From contig CAZDUI010000003.1 of the NCBI GenBank assembly GCA_964508605.1, positions 42,454-106,453 on the forward strand: a stretch of DNA of 64,000 bases. Direction: 5' to 3'. The stretch is from an uncultured Weeksellaceae bacterium. Lineage in GTDB: Bacteria > Bacteroidota > Bacteroidia > Flavobacteriales_D > CAZDUI01. The notes below the pieces were generated by a model, which was given only the letters and a program-made list of their open reading frames with translations, ran no database searches and was not told the DNA's origin. Shown piece after piece: positions 10,768 to 20,714 of the stretch. Numbering within the stretch: position 1 is the stretch's first letter; every line of letters begins with the position of its first letter. The position numbers and the translations under genes were made by a program.

Positions 10768-11277
10768 ATGATGAAACATGTTCTTCTGTCAATATTAATT
10801 TTAGCAGGTATTTCTGCTCAAAGTCAATCTGTTAAATTTGCCTATATCAATACAAAGGATATTCTTGAAAAAGTACCTGCTTTTGCAGAAGCACAAAGGT
10901 CATTAGATGAGCTTTCAGAAAAGTGGCAAAAAGAAATAGCTCAAAAGTACATTGAAATTGAAGCCAAAAGAAATGCATATCTGGAAGAAAAAATATTCCT
11001 GACGGTTGATATTCAAAAGAAAAGAGAAGAGGAAATTGCGGGTATGGAAAACACGGCACGTGAATTGCAAAAAAGCCGCTTTGGAGTGAACGGCGAATTG
11101 TATCAGAAACGACAGGAACTTATTAAACCAATACAGGACAAAATGTACAAGGCAATTAAATCTGTAGCCGAAGATAAATATACTTTTGTGTTTGATATAG
11201 CCGGACAAAGTAATATCATGTATGCCGACCCAAAACTTGATATTAGCAGTAAAGTTGTAAAGGAAATGGGTTACTAA
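10768..11277 (+). CDS. OmpH/Skp family periplasmic chaperone
   Basis: 169 aa; signal peptide and coiled-coil Skp-like sequence; lies in the conserved bamA-ompH-ompH position. Confidence 0.75.
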   Translation: MMKHVLLSILILAGISAQSQSVKFAYINTKDILEKVPAFAEAQRSLDELSEKWQKEIAQKYIEIEAKRNAYLEEKIFLTVDIQKKREEEIAGMENTARELQKSRFGVNGELYQKRQELIKPIQDKMYKAIKSVAEDKYTFVFDIAGQSNIMYADPKLDISSKVVKEMGY

Positions 11278-11287
11278 AATTAATAAA

Positions 11288-11791
11288 ATGAAAAAGCTGA
11301 TTTTTACCGTATTATTATCTATGGGTGCGCTTATTGGTGCAAACGCGCAATCTCTGAAATTAGGACATGTTAATAGCCAAAATGTTATTAACGACATGCC
11401 AGAGTATAAGGAAATGACTGAAGTCCTGAAGGCTAAAAACGATGAACTGATGAAAGAACTTCAGGAACTTGAAAAAGTGTATATGACTAAAATGAAGGAG
11501 TATGAAGATCCATCTACAAGCGAAACGCGAAAAAAAGTCCTTCAGGGTGATATTATAGACCTGGAAAGTCGTGTTCAGCAAAGACAAGAGTCGGGTCAGG
11601 CTCAACTGGAACAGTTAAGTGTGAGTTTAAGAACTCCTCTTCTCGAGAAAATAGATAAAGCCATTAAAGAAACAGCATCCGAGAATAAAATGAATTATGT
11701 TTTTGACACCGCAGCACTGTTGTATTTTGAAGGCGGTGAGGATTTAACGAATAAGGTAAGAGCAAAATTGGGATTACCCGTAGCTCCTTAA
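11288..11791 (+). CDS. OmpH/Skp family periplasmic chaperone (second copy)
   Basis: 167 aa; paralog of the preceding gene. Confidence 0.75.
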   Translation: MKKLIFTVLLSMGALIGANAQSLKLGHVNSQNVINDMPEYKEMTEVLKAKNDELMKELQELEKVYMTKMKEYEDPSTSETRKKVLQGDIIDLESRVQQRQESGQAQLEQLSVSLRTPLLEKIDKAIKETASENKMNYVFDTAALLYFEGGEDLTNKVRAKLGLPVAP

Positions 11792-11804
11792 TTCCGGGTT
11801 AGCG

Positions 11805-12620
11805 TTGTTTGCAAAGCGTAATCGTCCGGTAGGAATTTTTGATTCCGGTATTGGTGGCTTAACTGTTGCATCTGCTATTAGGAAGGCGCTTCCTAACGAA
11901 CATTTGGTATATTTTGGTGATACTGCGCACCTTCCGTATGGTGATAAATCTCCGGAGTCCATTAGAAGTTATGCTCTTGAAATCTCAAAATTTCTGTATC
12001 AAAAAGGATGTAAGGTAATACTTATTGCATGCAATACAGCAAGTGCACATGCTTATCATGTAGTAAATCAAGAATTTGGAAACCGCGTGCCGGTTATCAA
12101 TGTTATTGAACCTGTTGCGCAATATGTAGCACATAACTACACCGGCCAAAGAATAGGTGTAATCGGTACCAAGGGTACCATTCACTCAAGAATTTATCCA
12201 AAAACTATTCAGAAAATGAATAGGAATGTTGATGTGACTTCCCTTGCTACCCCATTGCTGGCATCAATGATTGAAGAGGGATTTTATAATAACAATATTT
12301 CTCAGACAATCATTAACTCTTATTTATCAAGGCCTAGTATAAAGGATATTCAGGCGTTGGTTTTGGGATGCACTCATTATCCTTTGATAAAACATGAAGT
12401 AAAGAAATTCTATGGTAAGAGTGTCGAAATTATTGATTCAGCGGAAGTGGTAGCGCGCCATTTGGGGTTTGTATTGTCTTCAAATAATTTGTTACGCGAT
12501 TCCGATTCTCGGCTTGAAAATCAGTTTTTTGTTTCAGATTATACAGAGGCATTTGAGAAGAGCACACGGATATTTTTCAGGGAAACTATTCACTTGGATG
12601 AAATTCGTCTTTGGGATTGA
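11805..12620 (+). CDS. murI: glutamate racemase
   Basis: VGIFDSGIGGLTV, ACNTAS and GCTHYP motifs. Confidence 0.85.
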   Translation: MFAKRNRPVGIFDSGIGGLTVASAIRKALPNEHLVYFGDTAHLPYGDKSPESIRSYALEISKFLYQKGCKVILIACNTASAHAYHVVNQEFGNRVPVINVIEPVAQYVAHNYTGQRIGVIGTKGTIHSRIYPKTIQKMNRNVDVTSLATPLLASMIEEGFYNNNISQTIINSYLSRPSIKDIQALVLGCTHYPLIKHEVKKFYGKSVEIIDSAEVVARHLGFVLSSNNLLRDSDSRLENQFFVSDYTEAFEKSTRIFFRETIHLDEIRLWD

Positions 12621-12990
12621 TTTTTCGTAGAGGAAATGGTTCGGTTCTTATTTCAATGTCCATCTCTTCAAACGGCCGTAAAGAGTTACATATATTATGC
12701 TTGACATAGGCTGTCAGGTTTTCAAAACGACCCATCAGGTTTGCAACCATGCGGTCGCTTTTCTCTGAAAGATAACCTATTTTGAAGTCCCGAAAATATA
12801 CTGCCACTGCGTGAGGATTCAGCGGATTATCCGTTTCGTGAACTAGTTGTACAATATCACGGGATTGCATTTTATGGAAAACGTATATGTAATCGTAATC
12901 GGCCAACCGATTGACGGTAGTTAATATGCCAAATCCGGGGTCTCCGTTTCTGGTTCCGGCTAATTGATTGGATATTTTGTAGTTTCTCAT
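12586..12990 (-). CDS. HIRAN-domain protein (standalone, 134 aa)
   Basis: AGTRNGDPGFG...VQLVHETDNPLNPHAVAVYFRDFKIGYLSEKSDRMVANLM matches the HIRAN pattern (G-rich start, NP.D..A..V...KIGY...A..LA.L.). Confidence 0.5.
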   Translation of the reverse strand: MRNYKISNQLAGTRNGDPGFGILTTVNRLADYDYIYVFHKMQSRDIVQLVHETDNPLNPHAVAVYFRDFKIGYLSEKSDRMVANLMGRFENLTAYVKHNICNSLRPFEEMDIEIRTEPFPLRKINPKDEFHPSE

Positions 12991-12993
12991 GGC

Positions 12994-13347
12994 TTATGCA
13001 CAAAGGGGATACTGGAAGGATTGCAAGTTTTCAGGAAGATCTGATTCTGAAATTGTAAGAACTTCCGAAATTACATTACTAAGTGTAATTAATGAGAAAC
13101 TGTCGTTAGTGGCCAGACACTTTTCAATTTCATTGTAAAGCTTATCTTTATCATTTTCAGTTAGTTTGGTAAAAATGGCACTCGTCAGGTGACTATCAAT
13201 ATTCAGTAGCAAAGGAAAATAGGTTCCATTCGCCTTATACATTACCTTTGCCTGCATTTCCGGAACACCCTGTTCCATTATTATGTGGTTAATTTCAATT
13301 ATTCCGTTATTTCCGGAAGTTGTGGATGCATTAGACAGTGTTTTCAT
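12994..13347 (-). CDS. hypothetical acidic protein (117 aa), translationally coupled to the HIRAN gene
   Basis: Its TAA stop lies 3 nt before the ATG of the HIRAN gene; no recognisable motif. Confidence 0.4.
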   Translation of the reverse strand: MKTLSNASTTSGNNGIIEINHIIMEQGVPEMQAKVMYKANGTYFPLLLNIDSHLTSAIFTKLTENDKDKLYNEIEKCLATNDSFSLITLSNVISEVLTISESDLPENLQSFQYPLCA

Positions 13348-13569
13348 CTTTTCTTAGTTTGATATCACAAAGGTCGCACACCACTCCGTAAACTATTTAC
13401 GGTTTGCAAATTATTTTTTGAAATAATTGCTAAATCATTGAAATTCAATTGAAATAATTTATTACTATGAAACGATATTTTGCATTTTTTACGTTATGGT
13501 CTATTCCAGTAAGATGTGTAATCCGAATTTTTGATTTTGGTATTTTTTTTGTAAATTGCTGATTAAACC

Positions 13570-14388
13570 ATGCACATGAGAACGCTGATAGTATTATTTG
13601 TTTTTGGCGTAGTAGTAAAAACAACCCACGCATTTCCGGTTGGAATTAGCAGTTACACTGAAGAGGTAGTCTCCTATAGAACCATTGTACACCAGTGCTT
13701 TGCTCCTGGTGAGCGTCTAAAATACAAACTGCATTTTGGCTTGATTGACGCAGGAGTTGCCGAATTAAAGGTGAATAAAACCGGAAAGACTGTTAAAGGC
13801 AGAGAGCTTTTGCATATTGTGTGTGAAGGAAAATCGGTGGGTGCTTTTGATTTGTTTTATAAAGTACGCGATGTGTATGAAACGTATATTGACAAAAGTG
13901 GAGTGTTTCCCTGGGTTTTTGTAAGAAGAGTTGATGAGGGCGGTTTTAAGTTTTCGCAGGATTATACCTTCTATCAGAATAAAAAAGTGGTAGATAATGG
14001 CAAAGGCAAGCAGTTTAATGTACCCGAGAATATTCAGGATATGATTTCAGCTTTTTATTATGGACGTACGCTGGACCTTAGTAATGTAAAACTGAATCAG
14101 GTTTTTAATATTCAAGTGTTTGTAGATGATGAAATTCACAATTTAGGGGTAAAGTATAAAGGGGAAGAGGTTGTTAAACTTAGGAAAGGAACCTATAGAT
14201 GTTATAAATTTCAGCCCATTGTAATTAAGGGCAGAATATTTAAAAAGGAAGATGATTTGACTGTCTATATTACTAAGGATGCCAATAAAATTCCTGTTTT
14301 GGTGAAGGCAGAAGTGATGTTTGGTTCGGTTAAAATGGAATTAACAGAATATGAGGGATTAAGTAATCCTTTGGCAAAGGTTAAATAA
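13570..14388 (+). CDS. DUF3108-like secreted protein
   Basis: 272 aa; signal peptide; ...GERLKYKLHFGLIDAGVAELKV... pattern typical of the Bacteroidota DUF3108 family. Confidence 0.5.
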   Translation: MHMRTLIVLFVFGVVVKTTHAFPVGISSYTEEVVSYRTIVHQCFAPGERLKYKLHFGLIDAGVAELKVNKTGKTVKGRELLHIVCEGKSVGAFDLFYKVRDVYETYIDKSGVFPWVFVRRVDEGGFKFSQDYTFYQNKKVVDNGKGKQFNVPENIQDMISAFYYGRTLDLSNVKLNQVFNIQVFVDDEIHNLGVKYKGEEVVKLRKGTYRCYKFQPIVIKGRIFKKEDDLTVYITKDANKIPVLVKAEVMFGSVKMELTEYEGLSNPLAKVK

Positions 14389-14463
14389 ACCGGGTTCAAA
14401 TTTTATCAAAAAAAATAGTCCTTGTTTCATGCTGTAAGCGGGAAATATGAGTAATTTCCGCAC

Positions 14464-15465
14464 ATGGAAATCAATGATAGTATTCAAGAGAAGATTATTA
14501 AGCTTCAGGAGAAATATGCGACCATAGGTCAGGACCTGGATTCGTATTTAGACGGTTTACTGGTATCAAACCCTTTGTATTACTGGGATTATATAAAAGT
14601 AGACGCGTTGCTTAGTTTGCAGCAGCAACGAACCGATTTCCCTGATGAACAAATTTTTATTGTTTATCACCAAATTACGGAGTTGTATTTTCATCTGACG
14701 TTGCATGAAATGCGGCAGTTATCTTATAATGGCCGCAATGTAACCGATATGGGTCAAGATTTGGGCTGGAATCAAAAGCTTACAGGCACATTGTTAACTG
14801 AAAGATTGAAACGCATCAACAGGTATTTTGAGGCCCTTACTTTGTCTTTTGATATCATGCGTACCGGAATGGACAAAGATCAGTTTCTTCGGTTCAGAAT
14901 GGCACTGTTACCAGCGAGTGGTTTTCAGGCTGCCAATTATCGCAGAATTGAAATTTGCGCTACCGATTTGGGCAATTTAGTGCATCATACCAAGCGTGAA
15001 CAGATGAAAAATGCCTCAGTTCTTGAGCAATTGAATAACATATATTGGAGACAAGGTGCTATTATTGAAGAAACCGGAGAAAAAACATTGACTCTGAAAC
15101 ATTTTGAGGATAAATATATGGATGATTTCAGAAATCTTGCGCTTGAAATGGAACATAGAAATCTGTGGAAGAAATTTCAATCGCTGACGGTAGAGGAAAA
15201 GCAAAACCCGGAATTGATAGATGCCTTGAAGGCTTTTGATGTTCACGTGAATATTAACTGGCCATTGGTTCATTATAAAACGGCAGCCAGGTATATGGCT
15301 CGCGATAATTCAGATGTTGCCGCTACAGGAGGTACCAACTGGCAAAAATATCTGCCTCCGCGTTTTCAAAAAAGAATATTTTTTCCTGAAATGTGGTCGG
15401 AATCCGAAAGGGAAAATTGGGGAAAAGAGTGGGTGAGTAGTGTAATTACTAAAGTTTGGGAATAG
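14464..15465 (+). CDS. kynA: tryptophan 2,3-dioxygenase
   Basis: YWDYIKVDALLSLQ...DEQIFIVYHQITELYF...FLRFRMALLPASGFQAANYRRIE matches the conserved bacterial TDO blocks. Confidence 0.75.
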   Translation: MEINDSIQEKIIKLQEKYATIGQDLDSYLDGLLVSNPLYYWDYIKVDALLSLQQQRTDFPDEQIFIVYHQITELYFHLTLHEMRQLSYNGRNVTDMGQDLGWNQKLTGTLLTERLKRINRYFEALTLSFDIMRTGMDKDQFLRFRMALLPASGFQAANYRRIEICATDLGNLVHHTKREQMKNASVLEQLNNIYWRQGAIIEETGEKTLTLKHFEDKYMDDFRNLALEMEHRNLWKKFQSLTVEEKQNPELIDALKAFDVHVNINWPLVHYKTAARYMARDNSDVAATGGTNWQKYLPPRFQKRIFFPEMWSESERENWGKEWVSSVITKVWE

Positions 15466-15499
15466 TCCTGACAGTATAATTCCAAAGGTCAATCCCTTT

Positions 15500-15940
15500 T
15501 TACTTTAGTCCTACGAATACACAAAGACAACTTTCGTACTCTATTTCATTTCCTTTGTTCGCTTTTTCAGGGACTACAATTTCGACGATAAGTTGTTGAG
15601 TTGCAGCCACCTTGAAATCAAGATAGTCTTTGCCGTCCGGTTTTGATTCGTAAATAATATTATTATCCTGGTCCTTCACTTTAAAAACCGGCTTTACCTT
15701 GTCTTGCAAACAAACGAGTAAACGATAAGGAGTATTGGCGTAAAATGTCATCAATAACTCTGCTTTGTCTCCGGGCCAAACGGTGGCAATATTCATTTTA
15801 CCGTCGTGAGTATAACTTTCTAATTGAGGAAGACATTTTTTCTTGGCAAATGTTTTACATTGTCCAAAAGCACTATTTGTTGCTATAATGAATGCAACCG
15901 TGAAGAGTGTAACCAGAAATTTTTTCATTTTATGGTTCAA
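15500..15940 (-). CDS. hypothetical secreted protein (146 aa, 4 Cys)
   Basis: Signal peptide MKKFLVTLFTVAFIIATNSAFGQ; no motif recognised. Confidence 0.4.
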   Translation of the reverse strand: MNHKMKKFLVTLFTVAFIIATNSAFGQCKTFAKKKCLPQLESYTHDGKMNIATVWPGDKAELLMTFYANTPYRLLVCLQDKVKPVFKVKDQDNNIIYESKPDGKDYLDFKVAATQQLIVEIVVPEKANKGNEIEYESCLCVFVGLK

Positions 15941-16826
15941 TATATTTATTTCGTATTTCAGTAACCAGGGATTTTAGCTCAGTTAGATGCTCGGGGGTAA
16001 TTTTTATTTGTTTTTGAGCACCAATTACTAATACATCTCCTTCAGTTTTGGTTTCACTTTCGGCCTTTTCTTCAGCCATAGTTTCGTATATTTTCCAAAT
16101 AGATTGAATGTCTTTCAGGTATTCAGTTAGATCCTGGTCACCGGAGTAGCTTTCAAAAAGCTCTTTTAAACTTTTAACGGAATACTTTTGGTCGGCAATT
16201 AACTGTGCAATCCTTTCATCAGGATTTGCAGGGTCGACAACCTGGGTGGAAATATACAAGGCCTCAACCACACCACCTGAGAGCATCATAGCTGCAACAT
16301 CAATTTGTTCATTTTCTTTAAGATATTGTTCCAGGTTTGCAAACGATTCTGAAATAATCATTCGCATACTATCCTGGTTGTCCTGATTTTTTTCCATTCT
16401 TGAAATCAAATCAACACCTACAGCCTCTGATATTCCCAGTTCTTCATGAAGGTGCACGCAGGCCGCCATAAATCGTAACGACTCACTACGGTTCATTATA
16501 TTGGCGTACGTAAGATCTGTGCCATAAATGCCAAGATTTATTGACATTTTTTTCATATCAACATACGAACTCACCTTTTCAGGATCGTGGGGTAGTTTTT
16601 CAACATAATTAATACCTGCATCTCTCATGATAAATGACAGAGTCATAGGAGAAGGTATATTGCTGAACAGAGCCTCAATAAGGCCCTTTGCGTCTCCTGA
16701 AAGGGTATCCTCTACCACTTCTGGTTCTGTTTCGTTCTGACCAACATTGTCTCCGCTGCCTGATTCCTGACAGGAACAAAAGAGCGCGGTACCCAATACC
16801 GCAGGAATGATAAATTTCATTTTCAT
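15930..16826 (-). CDS. hypothetical lipoprotein (298 aa)
   Basis: Signal peptide with lipobox LFCSC; lies directly downstream of polA on the same strand. Confidence 0.45.
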   Translation of the reverse strand: MKMKFIIPAVLGTALFCSCQESGSGDNVGQNETEPEVVEDTLSGDAKGLIEALFSNIPSPMTLSFIMRDAGINYVEKLPHDPEKVSSYVDMKKMSINLGIYGTDLTYANIMNRSESLRFMAACVHLHEELGISEAVGVDLISRMEKNQDNQDSMRMIISESFANLEQYLKENEQIDVAAMMLSGGVVEALYISTQVVDPANPDERIAQLIADQKYSVKSLKELFESYSGDQDLTEYLKDIQSIWKIYETMAEEKAESETKTEGDVLVIGAQKQIKITPEHLTELKSLVTEIRNKYIEP

Positions 16827-16856
16827 AATACAAAGTAAATCATTTCAATTGAAAAC

Positions 16857-19628
16857 TCAATGTGCATCCAGCCAATTTTCTGCCGCAGCCATTTCAACGG
16901 TAAGTGGAACTGAGAGCTTAACAGCGTGCTCCATTTTATCGCGCACTATATCCATCACAACTTCTTTCTCGGGTTTGTAAAGATCAAAAAGCAGTTCGTC
17001 ATGAACTTGTAATATCATTTTGGTTTTCAGGTTTTTTTCTTTCATTTCCCGGTGAATATTTACCATAGCAATTTTTATAATGTCAGCCGCGGAACCTTGA
17101 ATAGGGGCATTAATTGCATTTCGTTCTGCCTGATTGCGTACTACAGGATTTGAAGAGTTAATGTCGCTTAAATACCTTCTTCTTTTCAGGATGGTTTCGA
17201 CATAACCTGTTTCCTTTGCTTTTTTAGCAGCATCCGTTATATAGGTTTTAACACCGCTGAACATTTCAAAATAGTTGTCAATTATTTCTTTTGCTTCTGT
17301 TCGGCTGATACCCAAATTCTGGCTTAGTCCAAAAGCAGATTGACCGTAGATTATTCCAAAATTTACAGCCTTGGCTTTGCTTCGCATTTCCTTTGTAACT
17401 TCCTTCAATGGCACTCCAAAAACCTTGGCTGCTGTAGCTGCGTGTATATCTTCTCCCCTGGCAAATGCTCCTATCATTCCCATATCGTTACTCAGTGCAG
17501 CAATAATGCGTAATTCTATTTGTGAATAGTCGGCGGATAATATAAGATGGTCATTGTTGCGCGGCACGAAGCTTTTACGTATTTCTCTTCCTTTCTCTGT
17601 TTTTATAGGAATATTTTGCAAGTTGGGATGGTTTGAACTTAGTCTTCCTGTGGCCGCAACGGTTTGTAAAAATGTGGTATGGATTCTACCGGTGGCTTTA
17701 TTAACCATTTCCGGTAATGTGTCTACATATGTAGACTTCAGTTTACGCAAACCACGATACTCTAATAAGTCATTAACTATGGGGTGTTTGTCTCTTAATG
17801 TGATAAGTATATCTTCCCCGGTAGCGTACTGGCCGGTTTTAGTTTTTTTAGCACCCGAGTCAATCTTAAGATGTTCAAACAGTATTTCGCCCAATTGTTT
17901 TGGAGAATCCGGGTTAAAAGGTACCCCGGCATGTTGCATGATCGAATCGTGCAATAAAATCAGCTCTTGCTCAAGTACTTTGCTGTACTGTTTTAGAGCG
18001 GCACAATCAATATTTATTCCTTCGCACTCCATTGCACTTAAAACATCTATTAGAGGCATTTCAACCTCCATTGCCAGCTGATGCATTTCTTTTGAAGATA
18101 GAACCGGAGCAAAAACCTCCTTTAATTGTAGAGTTATGTCTGCATCCTCACAAGCGTATTCCATTATTCTATCTATGGCTACATCTCGCATGTTCAATTG
18201 ATTTTTGCCTTTTTTTCCAATTAACTGCTCTATGGATACAGGCCTGTAACCCAAATATGTTTCCGACAAATAGTCCATTCCGTGTTTTTTTTCCGGATTC
18301 AGCAGGTAATGGGCAATCATGGTGTCGAATAGTGTTCCTTTCACCTCTAGATGGTATCGCCTTAGTACATTTAAATCGTATTTCAGATTTTGTCCGGATT
18401 TTCTGATGTGTTCCGATTCAAAAAAAGGCTTCAATTGATTCAACTTTATTTGGGCGTCCTTTTCGTCGTTTATGGGAAGGTAGTATGCTTCAGATGCTAC
18501 CCAACTGAAAGATATACCAACCAACTGGGCACTTATTCTATCCAAACCGGTTGTTTCTGTGTCGAAACAAACGTCATTCTGTTGCAATAACAAAGGTAGA
18601 AAAGCTTCAATTTGATCTATCGTCTGATATTTGTGAGATGTATTCTCAATGGTTTTAAAATCTGATATTTGTATAGATTCAACCATCGGATCGGCCCCAA
18701 ATAGGGTCATTTGAGAACCTTGCACCATTTTTACCTGTGACGAATCTCCTAAAACCCGTTGAAGCATCGAACGGAATTCGAGTTCGCTGAACAATTCAGT
18801 AATTTTTTCACGGTTGGGCGGGTCAACTTTTAACGCTGTCGCATTAAACGATATTGGAGCATCAATGATGATTGTAGCCAGAACTTTAGAGAGTCGGCCC
18901 AAATCGGCATTTTCCCTAATCTTTTCACCCAGCTTACCTTTTATTTGGTCTGAATGATCTAGAACACTGTCAAAGGAGCCATATTCAGCCAGTAATTTTT
19001 GAGCTGTTTTTTCGCCAACACCGGGTATGCCCGGAATATTATCGGCACTGTCGCCCATTAGTCCCAGAAGGTCAATAATTAATTCGGGTTTTGATATTTG
19101 AAATTTCTCGCAAAAAGCCGCGGAATCGAGTATTTGGGCGGGGTTACCGTAGGCTGGTGGTTTGTATACAAAAATATTGTGATTCACTAATTGTCCCATG
19201 TCCTTATCTGAAGTAACTATATATACGTTGAAATGATGTTTTGCAGCCTGCGTACTAATTGTACCAATAACGTCGTCTGCTTCATATCCGTCAAGCATTA
19301 AAACGGGTATGTTCATGGCTTCAATAAACCTTTTAATATAAGGAACACTGCGAATTATATCTTCCGGTGTTTCGGGGCGATGCGCTTTGTAGGCTGCGTA
19401 TTGTTCGTTACGAATGGTACTTCCGCCGGGAGGGTCAAAAACCACACCCAAATGCGTAGGATTTTCCTTTTGCAAAATATCCAGAAGTGTATTGGCAAAA
19501 CCAAAAATTGCTGAGGTGTTTTGACCTTTAGAATTGATCCTGGGGTTCTTAACAAACGCAAAGTACGACCGGAATATTAAAGCATACGCATCCAGTAGAA
19601 AAAGTCTGTTTTCCTTGTTTTCGGTCAT
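16857..19628 (-). CDS. polA: DNA polymerase I
   Basis: 5'-3' exonuclease, 3'-5' exonuclease and polymerase domains with motifs RRxxKxxNFGxxYG and QVHDEL; the ORF track starts at 19703 but ATG at 19628 (MTENKEN) is more likely. Confidence 0.95.
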   Translation of the reverse strand: MTENKENRLFLLDAYALIFRSYFAFVKNPRINSKGQNTSAIFGFANTLLDILQKENPTHLGVVFDPPGGSTIRNEQYAAYKAHRPETPEDIIRSVPYIKRFIEAMNIPVLMLDGYEADDVIGTISTQAAKHHFNVYIVTSDKDMGQLVNHNIFVYKPPAYGNPAQILDSAAFCEKFQISKPELIIDLLGLMGDSADNIPGIPGVGEKTAQKLLAEYGSFDSVLDHSDQIKGKLGEKIRENADLGRLSKVLATIIIDAPISFNATALKVDPPNREKITELFSELEFRSMLQRVLGDSSQVKMVQGSQMTLFGADPMVESIQISDFKTIENTSHKYQTIDQIEAFLPLLLQQNDVCFDTETTGLDRISAQLVGISFSWVASEAYYLPINDEKDAQIKLNQLKPFFESEHIRKSGQNLKYDLNVLRRYHLEVKGTLFDTMIAHYLLNPEKKHGMDYLSETYLGYRPVSIEQLIGKKGKNQLNMRDVAIDRIMEYACEDADITLQLKEVFAPVLSSKEMHQLAMEVEMPLIDVLSAMECEGINIDCAALKQYSKVLEQELILLHDSIMQHAGVPFNPDSPKQLGEILFEHLKIDSGAKKTKTGQYATGEDILITLRDKHPIVNDLLEYRGLRKLKSTYVDTLPEMVNKATGRIHTTFLQTVAATGRLSSNHPNLQNIPIKTEKGREIRKSFVPRNNDHLILSADYSQIELRIIAALSNDMGMIGAFARGEDIHAATAAKVFGVPLKEVTKEMRSKAKAVNFGIIYGQSAFGLSQNLGISRTEAKEIIDNYFEMFSGVKTYITDAAKKAKETGYVETILKRRRYLSDINSSNPVVRNQAERNAINAPIQGSAADIIKIAMVNIHREMKEKNLKTKMILQVHDELLFDLYKPEKEVVMDIVRDKMEHAVKLSVPLTVEMAAAENWLDAH

Positions 19629-19658
19629 GAGCTTTGTGTTTGTGTTTAGGGGTGAAGA

Positions 19659-19689
19659 TAAAAAAAGCCCCCGAAACCGGAGGCTTTTT
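19659..19689 (-). terminator. rho-independent (bidirectional) terminator hairpin between the YwqK-like gene and polA
   Basis: Plus strand reads AAAAAAA-GCCCCCG-AAAC-CGGAGGC-TTTTT: a 7-bp stem with one mismatch, flanked by A-runs and T-runs. Confidence 0.5.
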
Positions 19690-19706
19690 ATAATAAGGAA
19701 CATTTT

Positions 19707-20585
19707 TTAGAATTCTAATACACCGTCTCCGAAGTATTTGCCGTCTTTGTATATTTCAATTTTGTATAGGAGTCCGTTTTTATCGTATTTGTACCACTTA
19801 CCGTTCCACAGTTTTCCGTTTTTAAACTCGCCGTCCATTTCTAAATCCTGATTGGGGTTATAAGTTTTATGATAACCGTCTTTAGGCAATTTACCTCCGT
19901 CTGCAGGATTTGTATTACCTTGGGTAACGGGCGCTACTTTAATAGTTTTCTCTTCTATTTTAACTGCAGGATTTACCATTTTCTTTTCAACCCGGTTAGC
20001 AACCTGTCCGCCGGAATAATCAAGTTCCTCTTTAACATCTCCGTTCTCATAGTAACGGGTTGCTTTGCCTTCTTCAACGCCGTTTTTGGAATTGTAAACA
20101 AATTCAGGTTTACCGTTAGAAAAGTAATATTCTACTTTTCCGTCTGTTTTACCTGATTCGTTAAAATTCTTCTTTTGGGCTACCTGCCCGTTATCGTGGT
20201 ATCTTTCAAAGGAACCTACATACTTATTTCCTTTCCACATTCCTTTTTCTTCAATTTGTCCGTTTTCGTAATATTTGATATAAGTACCGTTGGGACGGTC
20301 CATTTTGTGCTCAATTTCGCTTTTCTTCTTTTTACCCGGGTAATAACTAATCCAGATTCCGGTTTTACGATTGTCAAGGTAGTCGCCTTCTTCAACAGGC
20401 TCTTCAGGAGCATAGCCGGGCAAATTTTTGTGCTTGCCCAAAAACACCCAGTGCCCCTGTTTTTTTCCTTGTTCATCGGTTTTATTTACCTCTTTACCCT
20501 GGTAGGTAAAGGACTGGGAGTCAGCACGAGTAACTGACACACCGCACAGGAACAGAAGTCCTAATATTATTGCTCTCAAACTCAT
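19707..20585 (-). CDS. MORN-repeat / YwqK-family repeat secreted protein
   Basis: Many YxNG/YENGQ repeats (the MORN-like 'toxin-antitoxin system YwqK family antitoxin' fold); the signal peptide starts at the internal MSLRAIILGLLFL. Confidence 0.6.
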   Translation of the reverse strand: MSLRAIILGLLFLCGVSVTRADSQSFTYQGKEVNKTDEQGKKQGHWVFLGKHKNLPGYAPEEPVEEGDYLDNRKTGIWISYYPGKKKKSEIEHKMDRPNGTYIKYYENGQIEEKGMWKGNKYVGSFERYHDNGQVAQKKNFNESGKTDGKVEYYFSNGKPEFVYNSKNGVEEGKATRYYENGDVKEELDYSGGQVANRVEKKMVNPAVKIEEKTIKVAPVTQGNTNPADGGKLPKDGYHKTYNPNQDLEMDGEFKNGKLWNGKWYKYDKNGLLYKIEIYKDGKYFGDGVLEF

Positions 20586-20714
20586 AGTAGTTGCCCTTAG
20601 ACGCCATAAATATATAAAGATATTTGAATATCCCGCAAATTCTTTAGATAAAACATGAAAAAAATTGCGTGAGCGTTCGAAATGGAGGTATGAATGATAC
20701 AGCATAGCAGTTAT

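Noticed and set aside
10847-11605. Minus-strand ORFs (70, 160 and 81 aa) overlapping the ompH genes
   Set aside because: They are antisense to well-supported Skp/OmpH genes and their sequences are hydrophobic and low-complexity.
13348-13569. Short direct repeats (TTGAAATAAT twice) in the divergent intergenic region
   Set aside because: They are AT-rich and short, and are compatible with chance in promoter DNA. They are not strong enough to call a regulatory site.
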